Shown here: positions 1 through 11,840 of the stretch, one piece after another
Position numbering within the stretch: position 1 is the first letter of the stretch
Layout: every line of letters begins with the position of its first letter
Source: Octopus sinensis
Lineage: Eukaryota
Direction: 5' to 3'
Length of the DNA: 64,000 nt
NCBI RefSeq assembly: GCF_006345805.1
Contig: NC_043015.1
Span: forward strand, 32,116,001 to 32,180,000
Program-made: the position numbers and the translations under genes
Notes under the pieces: model-generated
What the model was told of the DNA's origin: nothing
The model's input: only the letters and a program-made list of their open reading frames with translations
The model's database searches: none

Positions 1-665
1 ATAACATCTTTCATTGTTTGGTTGCGCCTTTTTAGGCTTCGGCCAGCCATGTGCGTACTTCCCAGCAATGCCTGTGCTTGACGCTTTTTAAAGTGAGGAA
101 AAGTTTTGCACAGAAATCATTCCCATTCTGTAAACTACGAAGCATGATCCAAAAAGAAGAGGGTTTTATATTAGGGTGTCCTTCGCCCAGTCCTCGCCGA
201 ATCTAAGGCTAACTACAAGACAGCCGTGAAGTATTTAAACTCAGAATTACCTTCTTCTCCTCGATAGACTGCCTTCGCCACGGCTTGGGTGAACACGAAC
301 AAGTGCTCCTTGCACCCCTTATCTATTTATCATACAAAAAGGGTGGATGGGGTGGGGATAAAATAAAAAATTGAGATACGATATATACAATTTAAAACAC
401 AATATACACACATACAGTTTGAAATACAATATATATATACACACACACACACACACACTCCACAAACAAAACGTTGTTGAATGGCCGTTGACTGCACTCT
501 AGTTCTTCCGCCCTTTGACGGGTCTTTCTTTTTTTTTGTCCTGCAAGGTGTTCAACATCTTCCTCACCAAGGTGAGGTTGCCGGTTTAGTCGCGATGACC
601 CGACCATATAACAGGTTGTACTGGATTATTTGGTACCAGTAGCGCCCAAGAGCGACCTAACACTA
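1..665 (-). mobile_element. RTE-like LINE 5' leader fragment
   Basis: Shares two blocks with 38740-38960 (gctactggta..ccagtacaacctg; agccgt..gaaggca.tct.tc.ag.gaga); GGAGAAG..TCTGA motif resembles RTE 5' UTRs; runs off the window. Confidence 0.45.
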
Positions 666-699
666 ACGCACACTTCTGCTATAATTGGGTGTGTCCTAT

Positions 700-827
700 A
701 TATCGGGTTTCTTTATTCGTTTCGGCTGTGACAATTTGCTGGACATTTCACATTTTACTTGTGTCGTGCAAATCTTTTAACAACCCACTTAAAAATACGT
801 ACAACTAATACTGTGATATTCCAACAA
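700..827 (+). other. Possible non-coding first exon of the membrane-protein gene
   Basis: Consensus donor caa|gtaagt at 828, no ATG in 721-827, and the acceptor at 8354 needs an upstream exon. 5' end unknown; inference only. Confidence 0.3.
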
Positions 828-1039
828 GTAAGTTTTTATATTCTGTCAGTGCTACAACTACTGCCAACCAGAAAACTTCTATTGTATTACATTTAGAGTT
901 GGAACTAAGAATTAAGGCCACTTTTTTTTTTGGTTTCTTAGAAACACCACTCTCTCTCTCTCTCTCTCTCAAACAGATCATCACTGTTTACCTGATACGT
1001 GTGTATATATGTATAAAGGTATATCTATATATATACGCA

Positions 1040-1095
1040 TTTTTATGTGTGAGCAAGGGAAAATATTGCTTATCATATATATATATACATATAGG

Positions 1096-1163
<68 letters not shown>

Positions 1164-1565
1164 GGTATATATATATATATATAGGTATATAGATATATAT
1201 ATATATAGGTATATATATATTATATAGGTATATATATATATATAGGTATATATATTATATATATAGGATATATATATATATATATAGGTATATATATATA
1301 TATGTATATAGGTATATAGGTATTATATATATATATATTATATATATATATATATAGGTATATATATATATATAGGTATATATATATGTATATAGGTATT
1401 ATATATATATAGTATATAGGTATATATATATATATATATATAGGTATTATAGGTATATATATATATATATAGGTATATAGGTATATATATATATAGGTAT
1501 ATATATATATAGGTATATAGGTATATATAGGTATATTATATATATATATATATATATATATTAAT
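1040..1565. repeat. (TA)n microsatellite punctuated by GG
   Basis: Recurrent TATATAGGTATATA units. Confidence 0.95.
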
Positions 1566-2167
1566 AATATAAGGGTAAATAATTATTAATTATAAAACCA
1601 ACAATTATTTCCGGGTTAAATAGAAATAAGCGGTCTTTGACTGCTATTTCTAATTTTTCGGTACGTAGCTAAGCAACCTGTTGCTAGCCCTTATATATAT
1701 ATATATATATAATGTGTTAATGTGTGTGTCAACTAAACAACGTTGAGGTTTTTGTTTATTTAAGGTGAAGTGATTAAGAGTTGCCGGGCAGTAATTATTG
1801 AAGGGAAAATGTCAGCGCTAAAAGCTTAGATATAAACCATTCGTGTAAATAAATATATGTATGCTTGTTATTCATACTCTCGCACCTGTACGCTATCTAC
1901 TTACCTGTTCTACTTAGCTTTATTCAACATGCTTTCCTTACTTCACTTGAATCCTGCTTTTATCCAATAGTGAAAATATCATTGGTTTTACTTTTAGCGT
2001 GAAAAGTAATTATTATTTTTTTTTTTTCCCGTCTAATAAATCTCCATTCATTTTATCCATCGAATTCACTTTTTTTTTTTTTTTTTTTTGGTTCGATCCG
2101 TGAAAACAGCCATTTTAAAACTTTGTCATCGTGAATGTCCCTTACGTTGTTCTTTGGGGTTATTTAT

Positions 2168-2276
2168 GATCTCAGTTCAAATTCCGTCCAGGTAGACTTT
2201 GCCTTTCATCCTTTCAGGATCGATGAATTAAGTACCAGTGGAACACTGGGGAGGTTGATGTAATCGACTTAATCCC
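2168..2276 (+). mobile_element. SINE family A (core GGTCGACTTTGCCTTTCATCCTTTCGGGGTCGAT), partial
   Basis: Core shared by more than 20 copies in the window. Confidence 0.8.
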
Positions 2277-3134
2277 TTCGGAAAGACTTCCTTTTGTACC
2301 CCGCCCATACATTTTTTTTTTTAATATTAGACACGGGGGGGAAAATCGATTTCCTACCATGTCTTATAATGACGAGAAAGTTTTAAAAATCAAGAATTTC
2401 TATTAAAAAAAAACAACTTAATTTCTATTTTATGTATTTACATGTCCCACTTTGCCTAACTTTTTGAAATTTGCCTATCTTTGGGACGTGAATATACATA
2501 ATACAGAAAATTCAAACAGCTAATTTCCGAAAGTCTGCTTTTCCAGTTTCCAATAAGAGTGAGTGGGGCACAATGAGTAATAATTACTGCATTTTTGACT
2601 TTGAAGTGAATGTATTTTTTACAAATGGTCACTACCTAACCAGAACTATATCAGCAAAGTAAAGAACTTCTCTAAACACAGTAAATAAAACCTATAACAT
2701 ATTCAGAACACTTTCAGAAAATTAACCATTGTTCTCTTTGAGCATATAAAAGACAAATTTAAGCGGGGCAAAATGGGTAAGTCAAGATAAACTATTTATG
2801 TCTTTCCATTTCTCCAGAATTAAATTTGAAAAAGGAATCATTCACATAAATATCCATCCTTAGACATCAGAAATGCAACAAAATTTTAAATATCTCGGTC
2901 AAATGAAAGAGGATTATGGAAAAATAGCACATGATAAGAAATTAATGAAACTCATTTTAATCTAAAAACTCAACATAAAATATAGCTTTTTTCAGTCAAA
3001 ATTATCCAGATATTTCATTAGCTACCTCAATTACAATCAGAACAAATTTGAGGGAAAATTTCTTGAAAGTTGTACCTGTCACCTATGTTTCAAACTCCCA
3101 ACTTTAACAACCTTAAGAAACTTTAAAATCTAAA

Positions 3135-3435
3135 CTGACCAAATTTTGCTTCCAACTACATAACTTATCCTGACCAAATTTTGCTTCCAACTACATAACT
3201 TATCCTGACCAAATTTTGCTTCCAACTACATAACTTATACTGACCAAATTTTGCTTCCAACTACATAACTTATCCTGACCAAATTTTGCTTCCAGCTACA
3301 TAACTTATCCTGACCAAATTTTGCTTCCAACTACATAACTTATCCTGACCAAATTTTGCTTCCAGCTACATAACTTATCCTGACCAAATTTTGCTTCCAA
3401 CTACATAACTTATCCTGACCAAATTTTGCTTCCAA
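3135..3435. repeat. 35-bp minisatellite, ~8.6 copies
   Basis: Unit ctgaccaaattttgcttccaactacataacttatc, near-identical copies. Confidence 0.97.
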
Positions 3436-4179
3436 AGATGATGCACTGGTACAAAATGAGAAAAATAATAAAAAATCAGAAATTATTCATTTTGACACGG
3501 TTTCCAACTTTGTCCCACTTCCATAGCGATTTCAAGTATTTGACAGAATGACGAAAAATATATGAAAAAAGAGAAGGGGTTCGATTTAACGAAGCATTTG
3601 AATATATATGCAATAAAGCTGAAAAAGTTGAGAGATGTAATTTTATAATCAAAGCTAAACTCAAAAGTTTTCTTTACCTCCTTGCTTCAGTAACAAAACC
3701 AGTTTTCAAATCCTCACTGAGATAGGTTTAGAAGTAGATATGTGAGTGTGCAAGCCTTTAACTGCTGCTATTGGTTAAGTCATGCATTGAAAAAATAAAC
3801 TTGACCTTGTATAATATTTATATACATTTTTATATTCACAAACACTCATGCATGTATGTAATTTAATAACCCACTATATTCTCCTCACTTCGCTTGTCTC
3901 TGTTGTCCCAAAAGCAGCTACAATACCCCCTGTGCTTTGGGACTGGGGTATATAAACTGCTTTTTTTTTAATTATTTTAATTAAATCATTTGCTGTCTCT
4001 AAACTGGCAAAAAATCTGTGGGTATTTATCATAAAAGAGAATCCATTACATTTTTTTTTTAAATGTCAAGATAACTTTTGTATATCGAAAGAGAACTTAA
4101 TCATATTTGATTGCTGGGAGGTGGGCGTGGAGCCTTCCTACAATTGCCCTCTCTCTGCCCCTATAATCCAGCTGAACTT

Positions 4180-4298
4180 ATATATATATATTATTATATA
4201 TATATATATATTATATATATATATATAATATATATATATATAATATATATATATAATATAATATTATATATATATAATTATATATATATATATATATA

Positions 4299-4333
<35 letters not shown>

Positions 4334-4371
4334 TATATTATATTATATATATTATATATATATATATATAT

Positions 4372-4425
<54 letters not shown>

Positions 4426-4550
4426 ATATTATATATATTATATATATAATAATAATATGTATATATATATTATATATATAATATAATATGTATATATATA
4501 TTATATATATAATATAATATGTATATATATTATATATATAATATATATAA
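4180..4550. repeat. (TA)n-rich microsatellite
   Basis: Seen directly. Confidence 0.95.
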
Positions 4551-4715
4551 AATTTAATAAGGGTAGAAATTGATATTAGTCAATTAAAGTCTTGTTTAAT
4601 GCTTTGGTTTGTGCTGAGTTTTTATTTGAGAACATACTCTTTGTGGGAAATAGCGATTTGACGTCTATATCTAGCATGTTGACTGTCCAGTTTTCGTGTT
4701 CAGTTCTTTAAATTT

Positions 4716-4756
<41 letters not shown>

Positions 4757-4759
<3 letters not shown>

Positions 4760-4960
4760 CGAGTTCTGATCAATCAGTGTCCGGAATGTTGCCATGGTAA
4801 CAAAGCTAAAACACACAGAGTGAAGCCACTGGGCAAAGATTGACCTTGAACTCTGCTGTGCATGCACCCTAAGTTTTAACGTTCTATCTCACTTCTGCAT
4901 TGGTCATCCTGGGAAACTGAACCCCAAACCAAGCTTAACCCCCTTTTCTTTATTCATTCA
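4757..4960. mobile_element. Mariner-type element end
   Basis: TA-cgagttctgatcaatcagtgtccggaatgttgccatgg is the reverse-complement homologue of the end at 47880-47928. Confidence 0.6.
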
Positions 4961-5239
4961 TGTTCAAAAAATAAAACATTTATCACGTATTGTAGTGATT
5001 TAATAAACGACTTTATTCTCCTCTCCAACACCAATACCATTTTGTGCTAATATTAGAAACCAATGTTTTGATTTTTTTTGTGATTTTGTGCTAATATCAA
5101 TATTTTCCTTGCATTAAATTCCGCCGAGGTTGACTTTGCACTGAGATCGATTTAATCAACTTACTCACCACCTCCGAAATTTGGCAAATTGGGCAAAAAT
5201 TTCAAATCGATATTTTACTTAAATTCCTGTTTTGTTTTA

Positions 5240-5560
5240 TCTTTTTTTTTTTTCGTAATACTTTTTGCTAAATATTTTAGAATATTGGCGATCTTTCGTC
5301 TCTAGTAGACCTTTCCGTCGATTACACAACATACTGTCTGTCTCCCACACCCCATCAAACACACACACACACACACACATGTACATCAATGCTCCAATGC
5401 ACGGTAACTTCAAAAGAACTTCCCTCGTCATACAATCGTTTTCTCTTAGTCTCTTTCGCTCTCATTACTTCAAAAGTTCCCGCAAGCCCATATGTAAAAA
5501 AAAAAATTTTTTACGGAAATCGACGGAAAGGTCTACTAGAGACGAAAGATTGCCGTAAAA
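5240..5560. mobile_element. Foldback/MITE-like element with a perfect 33-bp inverted repeat
   Basis: 5291-5323 is the exact reverse complement of 5518-5550. Confidence 0.7.
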
Positions 5561-5851
5561 AAAAAAATGTGAAAATAGTTTTTATCCACTGACAGACAAA
5601 ATATTTTCGTTTTTTCACAAAACACAACCTTCTTCGTTTAAAGTAATCTCCTTGTCCAGGACTTATAAGTAAAGGGTTTTTTTTTTTCCCCATTTGAGCG
5701 AAATGTGAAAAGTTTATGAATTCTTAAAATGATAAATGGACATGATAACTTTAAATAATTGTTCCGATACACTCTCATTAATTTCAAATGTGACATCTTC
5801 AACACTGATTTGAAATTGGGGATCTTGTTAAATTTACAACCAGTTGAAGTA

Positions 5852-5992
5852 TAAGGTTGTCCCAAAAGTTCGTAGAAAGTCTTGGAAAATAATGGTCTTT
5901 ATTTTGAGGAATAATTTTTGTTGTTTTTGTTAGTACTTGGCGAGTAAAAATTCAATTTTCGCAAGTGTTTACGAACTTTTGGGACAACCTAA
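5852..5992. mobile_element. Mariner-type MITE
   Basis: Perfect 21-bp TIR aggttgtcccaaaagttcgta (5854-5874 / 5970-5990), TA on both flanks. Confidence 0.85.
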
Positions 5993-5995
5993 TAT

Positions 5996-6143
5996 TTCAA
6001 ATTTTCACCAGATTATTTTCAACTTTTCCAGATTTGTAATTTCTTTGTAATTTAATTCCAAACAAAATTGCTGTGATTTTTGCCATCTACATGTAAAACT
6101 ACGTTTTTCTAAAAATAAAAAAAAAATCTGGTGAAAATTTGAA
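5996..6143. repeat. 19-bp perfect inverted repeat (MITE-like)
   Basis: ttcaaattttcaccagatt (5996-6014) / aatctggtgaaaatttgaa (6125-6143). Confidence 0.7.
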
Positions 6144-6505
6144 TTCTAGCGATTGGAAGAAATTTAACAAAATCTGATCCAAATTTGGATTTTGAATAAA
6201 ATGCTCCCCATATTATAATTGCAGCAGTGTTTTCTTCCGTCCTGACCTTCACTAATTAAAAACCATTTTTAATGTGTCAAGCTTATCAAGGTGTCTCTGT
6301 GTTGTTTGCTCAACTTGCGGGAAACCTCAACCTGAATAAAATCACACCCTACTGTCTTAAACAAAGGACACCTTTGCTTGTGCCACTTGGATTGTTCAGA
6401 CATTCGTTCCCTAGCACCTGTCGCCCTCAAAAATACCGTGAAAATACATCGAAAACCATCAACGTTATTGCTTAGAAAATGTGATATATATACATATATA
6501 TATCT

Positions 6506-6563
<58 letters not shown>

Positions 6564-6983
6564 GTAAAGTATTTAAAAATAAAATATCTGAAAATGCGTC
6601 TTTTATAATAATTCTGCTCGTTCAGGATTGACTTGGATTTAACTATAAAAAAGAACAACCTCTTGGTAATCAATACATTTCTTCCTCTCCTCAAACACCA
6701 ACGACACATTATTTATCATTTTTATCCACCAGTAACTTTATTCACTTCCTCTGGCTTTTGTTATATTTCAACATCGAAAACGAAACATTACGGGCATGTG
6801 GTTTAGTAGTCTGTGTGTAAGTATGGGATTTTCAATTTTTTACGCATTAAGTTTTGTCAGAGGGAAATATCAGAGGTTTTCAGGTGTATCTCTCTACCTG
6901 TCATTACTCGTCTACAATAACCTGTCCATTTTCGTCCGCTATATTTCTTCGTTAATCTTTCTCTCTCTTGGTGTTTTAGTATT

Positions 6984-7052
6984 TTATTTGACTGGTCGCT
7001 ACCTGATCGATGGCAAGGTTATTTGACTGGTCGCTACCTGATCGATGGCAAG
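6984..7052. repeat. 35-bp-period tandem duplication
   Basis: ttatttgactggtcgctacctgatcgatggcaag occurs twice, just 5' of a SINE. Confidence 0.9.
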
Positions 7053-7060
7053 AGAAAACA

Positions 7061-7376
7061 AGGCGGCGAGCTAACAGAGACATTGGCACGCCGGGCGAAA
7101 TACTTAGAGGTATTTCGTTTGTCTTTATGTTCTGAGTTCAAATTCCGCCGAGGTCGACTTTGCCTTTCATCCTTTCGGGGTCGATAAATTAAGTGCCAGT
7201 TACGCACTGGGGGCGATATAATCGACTTAATTTGTTTGTCTGTCCTTGTTTGTCCTTTCTGTGTTTAGCCCTTTGTGGGTAGTAACGAAATAGGTATTTC
7301 GTCTACTATTACGTTCTGAGTACAAATTCCGCCAAGGTCGACTTTGCCTTTCATCCTTTCGGGGTCGATAAATTAA
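7061..7376 (+). mobile_element. SINE family A, with repeated core
   Basis: Head ggcggcgagct..., GTTCAAATTCC B-box-like motif, core present twice. Confidence 0.85.
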
Positions 7377-7439
7377 ACTCCTGCCCCATGACCGTGAGCC
7401 CAAGGGTCTAACCACAGCCAATTTGTCTGGCACTTTACA

Positions 7440-7910
7440 GCTTCTGTAACGTGATTCAGTGCCTGAAGGTATAAGACATGAAATTGTCTATTTTATATTT
7501 GTGCACTATCCACACGTCCTTCTGTGCTGTGATTCCTTCCCACCTTTGGACGTCTGCAGAAGCATATATGGAAGAACTGTGCACTGCACCTGTCCATCAG
7601 GATCAAAGTCTATCAGGCAGTTGTCATCGCTACTCTCCTCTGGGAGTCAGAGCCTTGGATGCTGCACAGGAGGCAGGTGAAGCTGCTGGAATGCTTGCAC
7701 CACAGATGCTTTTGCTCCATCATGGACCTCTTGTGGAAGAGGTATATCACCGACAATGAAATCCTCCATCAGACCAATGTCCTGAGCATTGAAACCTTGC
7801 TGCTGCTCAGACAGCTCAGATGGACAGGCCACATCTTGTGCATGGACAAATCCAGCATGCCAAAGACCATATTCTACAGTAAGCTCAGCTAGGACAAAAG
7901 AAACAGGAAT
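7440..7910 (+). mobile_element. RTE (BovB-like) LINE, RT C-terminal fragment
   Basis: KVYQAVVIATLLWESEPWMLHRRQVKLLECLHHRC...LRWTGHILCMDKSSMPKTIFY. Confidence 0.85.
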
Positions 7911-8371
7911 TCCTCCACGATTTGCAATTTAGATAATGTCTAAATGGTGGGAAAGATTTGGTTGGTATATCTATGTGGACATCCAGTTGTTGAAACTCTG
8001 CCAGATCAGATTGGAGTCTGGTTCGCCAGACCTCAGTCAAATCGTCCGACCCATGCTAGCATGGAAAGCGGACGTTAAATGATGATGGTGAATAGTCGCA
8101 TCTAAATCTCAAAGCTATAAGATAATGCATGGTGTGAATAAACAATGTGAATAGATAAGCAATACGTTTGACAAAGAAATCTGAGTGCTAAAGGGTTAAT
8201 ACCCAGCTTTCTTTTCTCTCTTTCACTCTCCTTTGTCCTCTCTCCTCTCACTCTCCTTTGCTCTCCCTCTCTTCTTTCTCTCCATCATTCCCTCTCACAT
8301 ACATCTATCTTTCTCTAACACATAGATATATTTACATTTTTTTAAAATTTCAGAAGTACCTTTACGAGAAG

Positions 8372-8552
8372 ATGTATTCCCAGTCACATCACAAGACCTC
8401 TTCCTTGAACAACCGATTCCAAGACTATGTGGAACGGCGCCTTACAGAGGTTCATTACCAGGGTTGTCCTTCTTTTGGTGGAGTAAAAAAGAAAGCTCTT
8501 CCTTTCATATTTGCAGTATTATTTATAATTCTGATCCCTTTTCTACATATTG
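8372..8552 (+). CDS. Uncharacterised multi-pass membrane protein, coding exon 1
   Basis: Acceptor tttcag|aag at 8353/8354; ATG 8372; MYSQSHH...KKKALPFIFAVLFIILIPFLHI; donor g|gtgagt at 8553 (phase 1). Confidence 0.8.
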
Positions 8553-8604
8553 GTGAGTCCCTTCTAAACATATTTATGCCTGTGTATATTTATATGTTTT
8601 GTGT

Positions 8605-8915
8605 TGTAGAAAAAGCACCATCCATTCGTGGCCATTGCCAGCCTCGCCTGGCCCCCGTGCCGTTGGCACGTAAAAGCACCATCCGATCGTGGCCGTTTGC
8701 CAGACTCGTCTGGCACCTGTGCAGGTGGCACGTAAAAAGCATCCACTACACTCACGGAGTGGTTGGCATTAGGAAGGGCATCCAGCTGTAGAAACACTGC
8801 TAGATCAGACTGGAGCCTGGTGCAGCCTTCTGGCTTCCCAGACCCCAGTTGAACCGTCCAACCCATGGTAGCATGGAAAGCGGACGCTAAATGATGATGA
8901 TGATGATGATGATGA
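8605..8915 (+). mobile_element. SINE family C (GTTGGCGTTAGGAAGGGCATCCAGC, (GAT)n tail)
   Basis: Internal ~26-bp subrepeats and (GAT)n tail; about 20 copies in the window. Confidence 0.85.
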
Positions 8916-9344
8916 TCCTCCAATCCAACCCTGATTGTGTGGATTTATTATCCCAAGAGGATAATCCCCAAGAGGGTAAGTAGATAGACAAAGAACATGT
9001 TTTACCAACAACGTCACAGTTGTAACTGAGATTTTTCAAAGAAGACACTGCTTTTCACTGATTATTTCTGTTATTTAGTTTTAATTACCGGGGGGGGGGG
9101 GGTCAGTTTTAATTTTATGGACTAGTTTATGAAATCTTAGAGAAGACAGAGGGTAGTATCAGCTTTGGGGATGGGGTAGAGTGGATAGACATTCTAAATG
9201 GCAGAGTCATAAATCAAGATTTATTTGAAGTAGATGCTATGAAGTTTATTAAGAGAATACTTCAAACAAGATGTTGGCTGCTATTAAGCAGACCAAGGCT
9301 AATGGCACAGGGGAAGTCTTATCATATAGTACTACAGTTATCAC

Positions 9345-9706
9345 TCTATATATAAACATCAAAATGTCTGTGTGTATGTATCCTTTATACAGATCCACAA
9401 TTTTTTAGTTAGAGGGCTCGCACTTTCTATGGTCATTTAAAACCGTCCAAGGGTGGTCGTGCACATCTTTACATTTCCCCAGTCACCCAACAAAGCCATT
9501 AAAAAATCAATGGAAGTGACCTTTTTGTGGATTTTCTATCCAAAACCCAATGAAAATGCCCGAAACTTGATACGCCAATTGAATGCCAGCTAGCTGTATG
9601 TGATTGGGCGGAGATTTGGATAGTACTCGCATGTATGTGCGCATGCACGCAGCTGTATATGCATGCACTAGCACTATGACCTGGCGTTGCCGGGTCATAG
9701 TGCTAG
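9345..9706 (+). mobile_element. Non-autonomous Helitron
   Basis: 5' TCTATATATAAA..GTCTGTGTG start; 3' hairpin ctagcactatgacc-tggcgttgccg-ggtcatagtgCTAG followed by T. Confidence 0.8.
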
Positions 9707-10645
9707 TTCATTATAAAACAATGCTGTTATATATATGTAGAGATAAAATTTAGGATTATTCCAAAGATTATTAAGAAGTATATATATGAATACTTTTAGT
9801 ATATATCAAAATTTTACACAATAGAGGGATAGAAAAGAAAATATAGAAATAGCTCAATATTTATACACTTAAATATTAACTTAACATATATCGTTAATTA
9901 TTGATTAAATGGTATTTACTGGTATTATTAAAAGAAAGAATTGAGGTAAAATTGAGGTTTGCATGGGTCAGATGAGAAAGAGTTTGTATGTTTTGATTCC
10001 CTTCTTGTTGCCAAAACTTACCAGTTTTCAAGTAAGGTAATATTTCCCTCATGGCCAGACAGGTTTTCACAATATTGAAAATGAATGATACTGCTTGTAT
10101 AACATGGCAATCATTTATAACTATCCGTGCCGGTGGCATGTTAAAAGCACCCACTACATTTGCGGAGTGGTTGGCGTTAGGAAGGGCATCCAGCTGTAGA
10201 AACACTGCCAGATCAGACTGGAGCCTGGTGCAGCCCCTGGCTTCCCAGACCCCGGTTGAACCGTCCAACCCGTGCTAGCGCGGAAAACGCACGTTAAACG
10301 ATGATGATGATGATGTAATGTGACAACAAGGACACACACGCACATACGTGATGGGCTTCTTTCAGTTTCTCCCTATCAAATCCATTAACAAGGCTTTAGT
10401 TGGCCTCAAGCTATTATAGGGGACAGTTGCCCAAGGTGAGATGCAGTGAGACTGACCCCAAAACTATATTGTCAGGAAGCAAACACTTAACTACACAACC
10501 ATTCCTACACTTCCAAAGCCATGCCTGGGTTCCGTATATTTGATGATTCCAAGAGTTTTAAACCCGAAATAACCATTTTCTACCTTTCTTCCCAGCTACC
10601 ACAGTCAAACCTTTCATCTTCTTAATTACCCTAATATTTTCACAG

Positions 10646-10735
10646 CTGTCTTCTACAAATTAATCTGGGTACCAGATAAAGCCCCTGTTGATCGTTCCGG
10701 CTGCACTTGTTCCTGTTTTGACACCGTCTTCCGTG
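10646..10735 (+). CDS. Membrane protein, coding exon 2
   Basis: Branch/acceptor ctaatattttcacag|ct; 90 nt, phase 1 to phase 1; (A)VFYKLIWVPDKAPVDRSGCTCSCFDTVFR; donor g|gtatgt at 10736. Confidence 0.85.
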
Positions 10736-10844
10736 GTATGTACCTCAATGTCTTTTATTCATTCCTCCTCTTCTTTCATTTTCTGCTCTCTTCCTCCCTT
10801 CGTTCTTCCAAAATCGATAGAAGGCAAAATTCTAGTTTAAGTAC

Positions 10845-11201
10845 CACCTAATAACTCTTTTATTTCTTGGAATTTTCAGAAAATTTTTGTGAAGAAACAA
10901 GGAAAGTATCAGATGGTTGTGAGATGTGCTAAAAAAACAAAAAAAAAAACACTCTTAAATTAAAAAAAAAAAAAAAAAAAAAATTTTTTTTGCATAATCA
11001 TACAAATTCCCATGTGTAGAACACCTAATAACTCTTTTATTTCTTGGAATTTTCAGAAAATTTTTGTGAAATTTTGTTCTACACATGGGAATTTGTACGA
11101 TTATGCAAAAAAAAAAAAAAAATTTTTCTTAAATTTAAGGGTGTTTTATTTTATTTTTTTTTAGCACACCTCACAACCACCTGATGCCTTCCTTGTTTCT
11201 T
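10845..11201. repeat. Long inverted repeat whose loop is a copy of the 5' flank (A-B-A-B')
   Basis: A = 10845-10893, identical to 11022-11070; arms ~10892-11023 and ~11075-11201. Confidence 0.9.
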
Positions 11202-11430
11202 TGCCGCTCTGACATGTACAGATGTTTTTCAATGCTTTTCTTTCCATAAACCCATTTAATGGAATGATGAATTACCCAAGGATGGTCCATTGCTGGATTT
11301 AAGCAAAAAATCTGGACTGTCTGATTTTAAACTGATTTAAGAAAAAAACTTTTTTTTAAAAAGTGGAACTGTTAGGATTTATGGGGGAGGGAGGGGTTTA
11401 AAAGCTAAAAAATTTTTTTTACATAATCAA

Positions 11431-11840
11431 GGTGCAGGAGTGGCTGTGTGGTAAGTAGCTTGCTTACAAACCACATGGTTCTGGGTTCAGTCCCACTGCG
11501 TGGCATCTTGGGCAAGTGTCTTCTGCTATAGCCTCGGGCCGACCAATGCCTTGTGAGTGGATTTGGTAGACGGAAACTGAAAGAAGCCTGTCATATATAT
11601 GTATATATATATATGTATGTGTGTGTATATATTTGTGTGTCTGTGTTTGTCCCCCTAGCATTGCTTGACAACCGATGCTGGTGTGTTTATGTCCCCGTCA
11701 CTTAGCGGTTCGGCAAAAGAGACCGATAGAATAAAAACTGGGCTTACAAAGAATAAGTCCTGGAGTCGATTTGCTCAACTAAAGGCGGTGCTCCAGCATG
11801 GCCGCAGTCAAATGACTGAAACAAGTAAAAGAGTAAAGAG
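11431..11840 (+). mobile_element. SINE family B (tRNA-like head GCAGGAGTGGCTGTGTGGTAAG), full length
   Basis: A-box/B-box-like head, central microsatellite, tail ...GAAACAAGTAAAAGAG. Confidence 0.9.

Noticed and set aside
392-607. ORF MVGSSRLN... as the first exon of a divergent gene
   Set aside because: It overlaps sequence homologous to the RTE-like leader at 38740, runs into a microsatellite and has no convincing downstream exon.
641-670. Twister-like words (cccaag, cctaacact) on the + strand
   Set aside because: The required stems and pseudoknot partners are missing.
10596-10645. Upstream AG acceptors (10595, 10604) for exon 2
   Set aside because: Out of phase with the exon 1 donor; 10645 is in frame and has a branch-point-like ctaat.
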